Part shown: one piece after another, positions 1 through 12,086 of the stretch | How the letters are laid out: each line of letters opens with the position of its first letter | Position numbering within the stretch: position 1 is the stretch's first letter | Assembly: GCF_006345805.1 (NCBI RefSeq) | Contig: NC_043006.1 | Span: 19,344,001-19,408,000, forward strand | DNA from: Octopus sinensis | Lineage: Eukaryota | Length of the DNA stretch: 64,000 bases | Reading direction: 5' to 3' | Translations under genes and position numbers: made by a program | Notes under the pieces: model-generated | What the model was told of the DNA's origin: nothing | Database searches by the model: none | The model's input: the letters and a program-made list of their open reading frames with translations, nothing else

Positions 1-1560
1 AGCGGTTGAGGCGGGAGTGCTTGGTTTCAAACAGTTTGTGGTCCAGTCATCAATACAGGGTAGATTGAAGTCTCCCATCATGAGTATGTTGCTAGAATGG
101 CACTGTTGAATAAAGCACTTAATGCTGTTGAGGCATTCTTTAAAGCACAGTATGGGTGTTTGGGGCGGCCTATAGAGCCCAGTTACTGTCAGGTCATTGG
201 CTTTGTTGTGCACGGTGACTGATTCACAGTAGCCGTTGGAGATGGAGAATATACTATTTCCATCTGCAGTAAATGAATCATGCAGGAAAATGGCAGTTCC
301 ACCCTTCCTTCTGCCGATACGATCCGCGGCGGATGGTTGTGAAATTCTTCACTCTCACTTCGGCTTCCAAGTGGGAGTTGTCAAGGTGGGTCTCAGTGAG
401 AATGAAGAAAGGGATGTGGTGTGAATGGTTACCAACCCAGTCTTCAATGAATTGGACCTTCCATTTTTGTGCATTGATGGAAGGGCTGACACCTTGTGCA
501 TTGAGTAGGAATGTGGAGTTAGTGTAGTGGCTGGTTTTGACTGTTGCAGGGGGCTTGGATTTTTTGTGTGTGTTAGTGGCAGCAATGTGGGGAATTGGTG
601 GGCACTGGGGTAATAGCATAGGATGGTGTTGAGTGATGGCTAGAATGTTTTTGTGTATCTCTTTGCCATGTTCAACATGGCTCTAAAAAAGAATTTTCCT
701 GCTTAGGGAGCAGTTTTTGGCTGGAGGTGTGGTTGCACTGTTGGATAGGGTTGTAGTTTCCACTTTTGTTGTTGTTGTTTTTGTGTCTTCCTGAAAAGAC
801 TGGACCAGCATTACTGCAGCATGGTGTGTGTGTTTCTATTTTTATTGTTATTCAGGTTTGTGTGTTGGCTTGAGGCCCCGTTTCTGTTTGTGCGTCGGGT
901 CCCTGGAAGATGAGTGAAGGGACAGTCACTCAGTAGACATGTTCTCTCACGTTGGGAATACCGGCAGATTTTGGGACTCCGAGTTGTGTGTGTTTTGAAT
1001 TTCGATTTACTATTGGTGGTGTTGATGTTATTGTGGGATGCGTGTTTTGGCCTTGGCCGGTAGTGCTAGTGCGTCTAGTGCGGGTAGATGCGTGAAGATG
1101 CAGTCACTATTTGTGCAGAGTCTCTGGCGCAGTGAATAGCGGCATATTTGGGGATTTCTTGTTTATGCCGTGGGGGGCGCATTCTGCTTCCTATGTTCTT
1201 TAAGTTTTTGTTACTGCAGTAGTATTGAGGTGGTGATGTGGGGGAGAGGGCAGTGGTTTCTTATTTGGTTTTCTGTTGGTATTTTTGGTGATAGAAGACG
1301 ATGGCGGCAGCGGTGGTGATGATGATGATGATAATTGCGGTGGTTGCTGTGAGAGCGGTGAAAAGATACTGGCATTTAGTGAATCATCTAGTAAGCTAGA
1401 GTTGAGGAGTGGCTGTTGTTGTTCTTGTTGCTGTGGCTGTTGTTGTTGTTGTTGTGCTTGACCGATGTTAGGGTCAGCCATTGTGCTGGGAACCAGGAGT
1501 GGCTCATTCTTGTTGTTGTTGTGGCTGCTGATTTTCTAGCTGTTGTTGTTCTTGAACTGT
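1..1560 (-). mobile_element. 5' part of a CR1/L2-like (Jockey-group) LINE: degraded ORF1 plus start of the ORF2 apurinic endonuclease, running off the window start
   Basis: Minus-strand translation gives APE motifs LLNAQG..ILTETHL (ORF 278-619). After a frameshift near 330 it reads DRIGRRKGGTAIFL..GLYRPP..ILMMGDFNLP to position 1. Upstream is a Q/P/S-rich ORF1 start (1200-1481) and two C-x8-C-x4-C-x3-H fingers in different frames. Confidence 0.85.
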
Positions 1561-2110
1561 GAAAATATGTAGAAGCTTTTCATAATGGCCTTATCAGTTT
1601 GAAAGATACTTCGATATGTTTCAACTTGCTACGAATCTGTTTGACGGATCGTGTGTTGACCACTTGTGATGTTTTTTCGGCAATCTCATTCAAACACAAG
1701 ACATTTAGATTTTCTGTTTGGGAAAGAGAGAACCAAGTGTTTATTAAAACATCAATTCGTTATCAGACCAATTCGTCTGTTGCAGGCCTGCAAGTTAGTC
1801 ATGTTTGTTTTTCTTTTGTTTTGTTTCCTTTTGATTTTTGAAAATATATATATTCTTTCTTGGGAGTTAAAGAAGTGTATATATATATAAATGTTCTCTC
1901 TTAAGGATGTGAGTTTTTGATTATTTGGTTGTTGAGGATATTAAAAGAAAAAAACAGGTGTATATAACAATTTGTAGTTAAATGAAAACGTCGTACTACG
2001 GGTTTGTAGACAAACACGTGGTTACAAATATATATATATTTACGGTCAGTTAGTTTTGAAGCTGTGTAGCTTGCTACTGACTTGGGAGAGAAACAAATAG
2101 ACGTCCGTCC

Positions 2111-2201
2111 ACTTCAACAGTTAATCCACTATATATATATATATGTATATGTATATATATGTATATATATGTATATATATGTATATATGTATATATATGT
2201 A

Positions 2202-2251
<50 letters not shown>

Positions 2252-2275
2252 ATATATTATATATATGTATATATG

Positions 2276-2305
<30 letters not shown>
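2111..2305. repeat. (TA)n/TATG-variant microsatellite
   Basis: Direct sequence. Confidence 0.95.
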
Positions 2306-2306
<1 letters not shown>

Positions 2307-2344
2307 GAAGAAATGGAGCTGAACGCAGATTGAACAGAAATCGT

Positions 2345-2441
2345 TTTATTTCATTCTACACGTGTTTCGAAAGGCACAAATTACCAAAATCCGATTGAAT
2401 AATGGGACCATATTGTGTCTTTCTCTTCAGGAAGAAAATAG
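2345..2441 (-). ncRNA. Type I hammerhead ribozyme motif (inverted copy)
   Basis: Reverse complement of the 2542-2637 motif; TCTTCAG at 2424-2430. Confidence 0.7.
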
Positions 2442-2541
2442 GAAATCCTTTGGAAAAACAAAGAGCCATGGGCTCTTAGGAGCATAGTTCGATTTGTTTT
2501 TGCTCCGCCTCTGTTCTGTTTTTGTTTTTCCAACGGATTTC

Positions 2542-2637
2542 CTATTTTCTTCCTGAAGAGAAAGACACAATATGGTCCCATTATTCAATCAGATTTTGGT
2601 AATTTGTGCCTTTCGAAACACGTGTAGAATGAAATAA
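2542..2637 (+). ncRNA. Type I hammerhead ribozyme motif
   Basis: Core CTGAAGA at 2553-2559. Stem II GAAAGACACAA/TTGTGCCTTTC (10 of 11 paired). GAAA at 2615-2618. Palindromic stem III ACACGTGT, GUA triplet at 2624-2626. Stem I TTC/GAA extends further with mismatches. Confidence 0.75.
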
Positions 2638-2845
2638 AACGATTTCTGTTCAATCTGCGTTCAGCTCCATTTCTTCAATTCACCAATAATGTTTTAATTT
2701 CAATTATCCGCACCAACGCACGGTTGCAACACCATATGGTTGTACCTCCAACCGTGCTGTTTACTGCTGTGATTTTTGCTACTAAGGTATCGGTTAAACT
2801 TTTGATTAATCTACTACAAGATTATTCATCTTTCTATTTCACATA

Positions 2846-3041
2846 ATATATGTATATATGTATATATATTATAGATATGTATATATGTATATATATATAT
2901 ATGTATATATATTATATAATGTATATATGTATATATATATATATGTATATATGTATATATATGTATATATGTATATATATTGTATATATGTATATATATA
3001 TATATGTATATGTATATATATTATTATATGTATATATGTAA

Positions 3042-3072
<31 letters not shown>

Positions 3073-3144
3073 ATATTATATATATATATTATATATATAT
3101 ATTATGTATATATATGTATATATATTGTATATATGTATATGTAT

Positions 3145-3177
<33 letters not shown>

Positions 3178-3336
3178 GTATATATATATGTATGTATATA
3201 TATATATATGTATGTATATATATTGTATATATATATATTATATGTATGTATATATATATATTATGTATATATATATGTATATTATATATATGTATATATG
3301 TATATATATATGTAATATATATGTATATAATATATG

Positions 3337-3369
<33 letters not shown>

Positions 3370-3389
3370 GTATATATGTATATATGTAT

Positions 3390-3425
<36 letters not shown>

Positions 3426-3610
3426 GTATATATGTATATATATATATATATATGTAATATGTATATATATATGTATTATATATATATATATATGTATATA
3501 TATATAATATATATGTATTATATATATATATATATATATATAATATGTATATATGTATATATATATGTATATATGTATATATATATATGTAATATATATA
3601 TATATATATG
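2846..3610. repeat. Long degenerate (TA)n-rich microsatellite
   Basis: Direct sequence; produces spurious Y/I/M ORFs. Confidence 0.95.
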
Positions 3611-3616
3611 TGTGTG

Positions 3617-3757
3617 TCTACCAAATCCACTCACGAGGGTTTGATTGGCTCAAGGCTAGAGTGAAAGACACTTACCCAAGGTGCCATGCAATGAGACGGA
3701 ACCCGGAGCCATGTACTTGGTAAGCTAGCTTCTTAACACACAGCCACGTCTACGTCT
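3617..3757 (-). mobile_element. Degenerate 5' fragment of tRNA-derived SINE family A
   Basis: Matches tctaccaaatccactcac..cccaaggtgcc..cacacagccac of full copies (e.g. 9247-9679). Confidence 0.7.
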
Positions 3758-4814
3758 GATGGTCATAAATCTTTCATAATCTTGTTTTTTTATTATAATT
3801 ATTTAGATTCCTATTGACCCTCATCGAGGAGACCTGTTGCTAAAGGCAATCCAAACTTGCCCATCCCTTCTATTTGTAAGACAGTGTTTCTAAGATGATA
3901 TTATCAACGGTCTGCCTTCCTTTTTTAATATGCTAATATGTAGTTTGTGGCGGCATGGCTTTTATATCTAACAGGTGTAGTGATCAAGTAGAAGAAAAGT
4001 CTCCATATAATTTTTGTTTTGTTTCGTATAAAATCATGAAAGTAATGTGACATGCATAACAGTTCAGATTCTGAAGAAAACCTCATTATTCTTACGTCAC
4101 TTTTCCAATTTTGAATTCTGCATTTCAGAATGAATATCGATAAACTATATTGAAACTGTTATGACAACATCCACGGAGGCATAAAACGATTTTACCGCCG
4201 CCACCGGCTCTACTACAGCATGATGAATGCCTCTACGTATGACACTGGAATTTTAATGTTGTGCTTAATGTTGTATTTTCATTGCAAATATTGCTGTTCA
4301 AAATATTCTTGGTAAACGGAAAATATTGAATAAACTACTGGATTCCATTTCCTTCTTATTCCTATACTTTAAATCGATAATGCTTCAAAATAAAGTTCTA
4401 CAAAATGGACTAGATATTTTGTTTTCGCCACATAACTTTTCTACAGATCCAGTTAAAGAAAGAGATGTCACCTATTTTACTCTTCTTTATGTAGATAACG
4501 TTGAGAAGGACTTAGATTTTTAAACATCTTATCTTTCTTCTTAGTTCTATATATTTATTCTGCGATATTATAGCTAAATAATCAGGCAAAGGATATACTT
4601 TCGAATATAAGCCAGAATTTAGAGAGAAACATCCGAGAGAAACATCCTGTAATTACTGAGAGAAGTAAAAAATTAGAAACTAATTCTTTTTTTATTTTCA
4701 ATATATTTAATTTTTAGTGTTTTTTTTATGTTGTATGCATTGAAAAAACTTTCACTCACTTATATGATAGTGTTTCATTGCCGTAATGCAAATGTTATCT
4801 TTTACTTCCGGCAG

Positions 4815-4965
4815 CGGTTCCAGTAATACAATCAGTGAGGAAGTGGAATCCAAAAGAATCTGTCTCAACCCTTCCGGTTCAGTGCATACATCCATAAGCC
4901 GTTCATGTCACCAACGTCCCCGCCGCAATTTTCACACAGTAGAAACGTTAAAAGCAAGAAGACAA
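4815..4965 (+). CDS. Class A GPCR, internal exon encoding intracellular loop 3
   Basis: Acceptor ttttacttccggcag| and donor |gtcagt. Reads (c)GSSNT..HTVETLKARRQ and joins in phase 0 to VMKML of the next exon, giving the typical RRQVMKML entry to TM6. A weaker acceptor at 4770 is possible. Confidence 0.7.
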
Positions 4966-5520
4966 GTCAGTATTCAATATCACGTTTTATTGCCTCTCAT
5001 CTTCATTTTCTTCTCTTTTCATTGAACAAGTAAATGAAAATAAACCACAGGAATAAAGCATCTACAGCATATATGGTAAATTGGAGAATTCCTGACTTCT
5101 CTGGACTTAAAAAAAAGAGATGTATGCTTTAGATATTGGCTTTGATATGCTTCAAGGAAAGTGGCAGAATAACACACTGCAGGTTGCCCTCGTATTTATC
5201 TTATTGTCCATTGATTCCATTTAATCTTTATCTTCCAATGCAAAAGAAATAAACTATTGCCTCATCAAAACAGTAGGGTCCCTACAGATTTATGGTACTC
5301 TCAGACTAGCAAATCCGCAAAGAAATTTAATTTGCTGGAAGGGTCAATTTTTCTCCCAAGTGCGTTCGCACAGTTCCATGTTCTTCTTAAAATTATTCCC
5401 TTCGATTCCTGTTACTCTTGCAGCATTATCAATTTGACATTAGGGTTACTCATAATTCCTGCTCGATGAAATGAGAACTTGTGCTTTTTTTCTGCCGGCA
5501 TTATCAGTAAACGTGTAAAA

Positions 5521-5928
5521 AGATATTGTTGTATTTAGGAATGGTCATTTTGCCAGTTTAGCCAATAAAAACACACGCACTATATATTTAGTGTTACTTT
5601 GCTTCAGCGTTATTTATTTTTTACATTAATCTTAATCTTATTTCGGCCAGAGTTCTTTCGTCACACTCCTGTGACCGCATCATTGGTACTTTGCTTTCTT
5701 CTTTCTTATTTGTGTGTCTCTCCTTACTAACCGTCACAAATAAGAAAGAAGAAAGCAAAGGACCACTGATGCGGTCACAGGAGTGTGACGAAAGAACTCT
5801 GGCCGAAATAAGATTAAGATTAATGTAAAAAATAAATAACGCTAAAGCAAAGTAACACCAAATATATAGTGCGTGTGTTTTTATTTGCTAAACTGGCAAA
5901 ATGACCATTCCTAAATACATCAATATCT
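5521..5928. repeat. Large intronic palindrome (194-bp arms, 20-bp spacer), probably Penelope-like terminal-repeat derived
   Basis: 5521-5714 is the reverse complement of 5735-5928 with few mismatches. Contains a hammerhead-like CTGATGCG-GTCACA/TGTGAC-GAAA. Confidence 0.8.
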
Positions 5929-7186
5929 GTTTCAACAGACGATTTCACATCAAAAATCTTGCAAAACAAATATATAAATGTAAAAAGATAACTTCAAACC
6001 AAGTTTGAAAATCCATTAGTCTTCCGATTATCGGTAAATTACTTTATTATCTACACCATTACTTTTCGTTTCACATTTCGGTCTCTTTCCACTAGATACT
6101 GAAATACTTTTCTTTAGCTGCATATTTTGTTGGTTGACCAGACGTTAGTCTATTACACTCAATTTCTTTTATCTACGTTGCTGTGATTTGTTGTCAGATG
6201 AAGGAGAGCTGAAATTACGCTACCCACATATGTGATATATCCCTCTATGTGTCTTGTGTCGGAATTTTCTCCTCAGTTGCAGCATGTGCTGGTGGTTCCC
6301 TCTGATGTCTACTTCATCATATTGGTGCAATACAACGATCTGTTATGTCACTCAGTTACTGCTTATTGTATTCCTCATAAACAATACCCAACCCTACTCA
6401 TCACTTCTCCTTAATCTTCTGCTCACAGATTATATGCATCAGTAAGCTAGAAACTTCACATCAGATTTGAACTGATTCCGTAAACAGGTACCTCGAAATG
6501 GAGATGTAACTCTTTTATCTCATTTGATTCTTCAATAGTGCAAACACACAATCACTGTGTATATTTAATATACCAAACAATTTCTTCTTTTGAACTACAC
6601 ACAGTTAAATTGTTCAAAGTCGCCATAAATATCTTACCTTACAATCTCTAAGAACATCTGGCAATCTCATTCATAACACAATAAAAATTGTGATACTCGG
6701 GGACACACACACGCACACAAACAAAAACACAAACACAGAGAAAGAGGAACATCCTGGAACACGTTTAAAATAAATCTACTGATCAGCCGAAAAGACGAAC
6801 ATAGCATATTTAATCTGTTTTATATGTATGCTTGCTCTCCGCTGTTACTATATTTTGTACCGCTACTACAACGGCTTATGCTCTCAAGACAAGCTAGCCT
6901 TATAATGCTTCTGTCACAAACTTCAATAAACTCTAGCCCTCTCCTATCCACTCCATGCTTTGCTTTGTAATAGATTTGGTTTCTTTTGGATATCAACCTA
7001 TCCAGCCAAGATCGATTATGTATCTTCGGGTTCCTCCAGCAAGACCAATCAGAGATAAGTAACAGTAGCTACAGAAATAATACCAACCAATTAACCAACC
7101 AACCAACCAACCAATAATCGAATAATGACTTCATTGAAATACCTTTCATCTTCAATCAAATAATTTGTTTATTGTTTCTATTTCAG

Positions 7187-7306
7187 GTGATGAAAATGTT
7201 AATTACAATTGTCATAGGATTTCTCATCTGCTGGGGCCCACGGTTGATTCTACGTGTTGTCCAACAGAGCCAGTATCTTCATTTTGAACACGCACCTTTA
7301 ATGAAG
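7187..7306 (+). CDS. Class A GPCR, TM6/ECL3 exon
   Basis: tttcag| VMKMLITIVIGFLICWGPRLILRVVQQSQYLHFEHAPLMK |gtagat; CWxP motif; phase 0/0. Confidence 0.9.
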
Positions 7307-7361
7307 GTAGATGCGCTTTTTGTGTTGTTTTGCTTTTTATTTCTTCTCAGATATCGGGTAA

Positions 7362-7566
7362 GCAGACGTGAGGGGCTTTCAATGCTTAGTTACATCTATC
7401 GACACCGCAAATAGTTGTGTTGATAGGAGACCGAAAAAGTAGTCAAGATGTAGCCGGTTGGGTATTCGTTACTTGTACAGAAAAAATGCAAAGTGGCTGT
7501 GTTGACAGAAAGACCGACAATTAGTCAAGAGGCGGGATGTTACGACTTGCTGCATCTGTCGACATT
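7362..7566 (+). repeat. ~205-bp interspersed repeat, copy 1
   Basis: Near-identical reverse complement of 11190-11393. Confidence 0.85.
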
Positions 7567-7775
7567 GGATAAGTTTTCTAGGTAGGTTTTAAAAACTTGC
7601 CTAGAGTCTCCAAGCAATCCTTGGGCTCTGAGCACATGACCTATACAAGTTACGAATCACGACAATAGAACAAGAGAAATCACAAGAATCAAACGAGAGG
7701 AAGGTAACTACAGATAGTGGAAGAGTGAAAACACCTGGAGTCCTCTTTTGTTGAGCTTACTCTAATGGAATGGTA

Positions 7776-7777
<2 letters not shown>

Positions 7778-7812
<35 letters not shown>

Positions 7813-7850
7813 CTAACAGACAGACAAAGAGAGAGAGAGAGAGAGAGAGA
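7778..7850. repeat. (GATA)n/(GACA)n/(GA)n compound microsatellite
   Basis: Direct sequence. Confidence 0.9.
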
Positions 7851-8091
7851 AGATAAGAAATGGATCAATATTTAACAATGAGAAGTGGATCATTGGTGTT
7901 TCAAAGTCATTGTTTAATTTTATTTGGAACCATTTTCAGCTGTTTCTGTTTATCCAATCGGAGTAATTTTACATTTACCCCGTTATGTTTAATAAACATC
8001 TTCAGAATGATTAGAAGGAAAAGAAAGGCAAAGAAAACGAAAAAGAAAAAAGTTCCTTAAATCTTTAGGCTTACCTCTAACTTATATCGTG

Positions 8092-8152
<61 letters not shown>

Positions 8153-8339
8153 GTATGTATGTATACCACTACAACCATGATTCTCGTATTTTTTGGATCA
8201 TTCATTGTGATGAATGCTGTATATAACAGGCACTTTGCTCTTGATAAAAATGTATACGTCACATATGAACAGGAATTAATCTTCTCTCTTCGTTCCTTTG
8301 CACCGTATGGGCTCAGCTCACTTCCTCTCGTCGTCTGAC

Positions 8340-9020
8340 ACCAACTCCACACAGATTCCCACACACCTCTCATATTCAACGTTCTCCTCCACTACCACAC
8401 CTGCGTACCGTCTAACCCGGTACGCTCGCCCCATACACACCACTATACATACACACCACTTTACAAACACCCATACACACTGTTCAACTCGTTACTCACT
8501 TCACAGACCATTATACACACGCCTGCAAACACCTTCCACTCTACACACACTAACAGGAAACACTTCTCAGCACCCACATCACACATACCACTATACGAGC
8601 AATCCCACACACATTTTAACTCAGCACACAGACCACACATCATCATGCACACTCCTACACCCTCACAAGCACATACTACTTGAAAAGAGAAAATATATCT
8701 ATGTATACACACACACAAAAGCAAAACTCATAGTCACAGATAACTTTCACTCACAAACATACATGATAAACATGCACATACACACACATGTGCTCACACC
8801 ACCTGAACAAGCGAGAATCAACTGCTACACACAACACACGTACACACGCACACACGTTAGCTTCCCACCTATACACATGACCATACTCACACTCACAATA
8901 TACACACCTCCATACGCGCACACACACACTTGCCCACACATACGTACTCACACACTCACCATGATTCACATATACATACTCACGCACACCATTCTCCCAT
9001 ACACACATGCGCTTGCGCAC
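8340..9020. repeat. CA-rich low-complexity tract
   Basis: Strongly C/A-biased degenerate (CA)n; the overlapping 305-aa ORF is H/T-rich with no domain signature. Confidence 0.75.
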
Positions 9021-9246
9021 CATAGTTCGTTGGGGTCACCGACCGTTATCGTTATTATTATTATTATTATTATCTCCCTTTCAGTCAGCCTTTCTTTTCC
9101 CCTCACCTTGTCATGTTGGACCGTTGGACTTGGCGCATTTTTTCTCTCGCCATTTTTTTCATTTAAGCTAGAATCCCATAAAAATATCATGCAACGGAAA
9201 ATAGAACCTTACTAGTCCTAAGGGATTTCTGATAACCCAGAAGATA

Positions 9247-9463
9247 TACTCTTACTTGTTTCAGTCATTTGACTGTGGCCATGCTGGAGCACCGCTTTTA
9301 GTCGAGCAACCCGACCCCGAGACTTATTCTTTGTAAGACCAGTATTTATTCTATCAGTCTCTTTTGCCGAACCGCTAAGTGACGGGGACGTAAACACACC
9401 AGCATCGGTTGTCACGCAATGCTAGGGGCACAAACACGCACACACACACGCATATATATATAA

Positions 9464-9514
<51 letters not shown>

Positions 9515-9679
9515 TACGACGGACTTCTTTCAGTTTCCGTCTACCAAATCCACTCACAGGCTTTGGTCGGCCCGACGCTATAGTAGAAGACACTTGCCCA
9601 AGGTGCCACGCAGTGGGACTGAACCCGGAACCATGTGGTTGGTAAACAAGCTACTTACCACACAGCCACTCCTGCGCCT
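9247..9679 (-). mobile_element. tRNA-derived SINE family A, full length
   Basis: tRNA-like head aggcgcaggagtggctgtgtggtaag..gggttcagtccc, internal (TA)/(TG) microsatellite, AAGAGT tail; >=7 copies in the window. Confidence 0.9.
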
Positions 9680-11189
9680 ATGTAGAAGTTTATTGACTAA
9701 GCCTTGAGAAGCGCATCCAAGGGACATAATACATAGAGATTCTTGAATATAGGAATACCAATAAAGTGGGTGCTTATGTGCTTATTCACAGAGTGATTTG
9801 AGCTTGAGGTGCTGTGTTCCCAATTTCATGCGTCCTATCACCTGAGAAGGAATTTTACTTCGGAACACGAACAGCCACAGAAATCAGAGATAAACTCTGA
9901 GTTTTCTAAATTTTATGTGTCTATACTTCATCTATTAGAGATTTATAAATCTTAATGAAATAATCCTGTAAAATATTAATTTATCCAACTCATAACAGTT
10001 TACTCCCGTATGAAAACGAAATATAAGAGAAATTTCAATTTGGAACATTCATTTGAATTTGGAATTTTCGATTCCCAATTAAAATTAAAATTCGTTTCAT
10101 TCTCCAGATTCCAAAATCTGGCACACTAATATATGTAATGTATTATCATAATTTATCAAGCATAGCAACAGTGCCCAAAAGAACTTTTTGCAAAGCAGAC
10201 ATCTAACATACATTTAAACTATATTCTCACAGTTATTAAACTGAGGCACCAAAGAAGTCGAGCTCTTGTGAGATTAAGAATTATTTTCGTTTGTTCATAT
10301 TAAGTAACTTGCTTTAATACGCCGAATGGACAGATCAATTAAACCGCTTTCTTTTAACTATACGATTTGTTCATAAAAAGTAACATTTATATTAATGCAT
10401 AAGTGTAAATGTAAAGAATATCTAAATAAATTTAAATGTCACAGATGTTGATAACATGTAGAATGCAACAACTTTTAGAAGTTACATTCCACGAGTCTAA
10501 TCTGCTGAAACTTTATGTGGTTCTGACTTTATCTGTGTAAATGGTTTCCATAAAAATAGCCTAGATTTTTGAAGTATTTACCTTCCTTTATCTACGAAAC
10601 TTCGATTTACTTCTTTCAGTGTCGATAAAATATGTTGCCGAAATATACAGTTGTCTTATAAGATAAGGCCCTGCATTACACACACGTACAAATACACCCC
10701 CTTCCTATGGTATTATTATTGCTGCGATGTTTCATGGACAAAATATGTATTCCCCTCCGTAAGCGGATGCTATACTGGTATAACATTCAACTCTAATCTC
10801 AGAAAAAAGGTAAAATTGACGAGTGCTACGTTGGTTTGTAGACTGAAATAGAACCAAAGAGAATGACGCTTGATGTTCTTAACCCACCGTTTTACTTAAA
10901 TATATCATATCAGTAGCAATATTGTGTGACAAATCGGGTTTCATGGGGTGATTTACATAATTTTGATATGGAGCTCGTCTCTACATATTGTAAGAAACCA
11001 AATTACCTATAATACTGTATAGTATATTTAAACGCAAATGATATCAGCACGGTGAGATTTTGATACGGTTTCCTGTTCTCGGCTGTTACCATTTCAATGT
11101 CCTAATGATTGATTTAAACGTCATATTATTTATTGCGTTATATCATGGTTGCAGCCATTGTAAATTATATATGTATTAATGTGCGTATT

Positions 11190-11393
11190 AATGTCGACAG
11201 ATGCAGCAAGTCGTACCATCCCGCCTCTTGACTAATTGTCGGTCTTTCTGTCAACACAGCCACTTGCATTTTTTCTGTACAAGTAACGAATACCCAACCG
11301 GCTACATCTTGACTACTTTTTCGGTCTCCTATCAACACAACTATTTGCGGTGTCGATAGATGTAACTAAGCATTGAAAGCCCCTCACGTCTGC
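11190..11393 (-). repeat. ~205-bp interspersed repeat, copy 2 (inverted)
   Basis: Reverse complement of 7362-7566. Confidence 0.85.
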
Positions 11394-11446
11394 ACAAACG
11401 TATACACAAACACACACATATGTACGTACGTACGTACGTACATACA

Positions 11447-11477
<31 letters not shown>

Positions 11478-12086
11478 GTACATACATACGTATATACACA
11501 CATGCACACATACATACATCCATACATATATACTGAAGAGAAAGAGTTAAGTTTTTGGCAACTAAAGGCGTTGCTTTAAAACGTTCTGTTTCATCTCTAT
11601 TTCGTGTGTGGGTTTTGATGAATGGAAGCCTGGCATGTAAGCATGTGATGGCGGATCACCTTACAACTCACGCCTCGAGCCAACCTCTTCCCCTTCTAAT
11701 CATTTTAGCATGCGTGTAATTGAAATGTTTGTTCATTTCATTCTCTCGTTTTGTCTCTTCTCATTCTTTCCATAGAAGGATGTATTTATTACCTCGTCTT
11801 CATGTTTTTTTTAAATATATTTTTGTACCACACACACAAATAAACATACACACACACACACATACATACATATATACATATATATATATAATATATAATA
11901 TATATATATAATATATATATATATGTAGATCAATAAATGGTGGGGTTGTGTTGACCGCACGTGGAGAAATGATAAGCAAGGAAAAATTGTAAAAAGAGCA
12001 ATATATATTTATATATTTTTTCATTTTCTCAATTCATTAAAATTTTCTTTCAATCGAGCATTCTGCATTTTTACAATTTTTCCTTG

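Larger units (their letters stand above)
2306..2677. mobile_element. Palindromic Penelope-like terminal-repeat remnant (157-bp inverted arms, 58-bp spacer)
   Basis: 2306-2462 is the near-perfect reverse complement of 2521-2677. Each arm carries a hammerhead motif. Confidence 0.75.

Noticed and set aside
1200-1481. Poly-Q ORF as a host gene exon
   Set aside because: Position and strand directly upstream of the zinc fingers and APE make it the LINE ORF1 N-terminus
4128-4312. Candidate additional GPCR exon after ..catttcag
   Set aside because: All three frames hit a stop within a few codons; no TM-like sequence
6140-6480. Possible RTE RT remnant on the minus strand (TYVGSVIS..VDKEIEC)
   Set aside because: Only one short motif with many stops; cannot be supported without a profile search
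8298-9215. 305-aa His/Thr-rich ORF
   Set aside because: It is the product of a CA-rich low-complexity tract; no domain, no credible start or splice context
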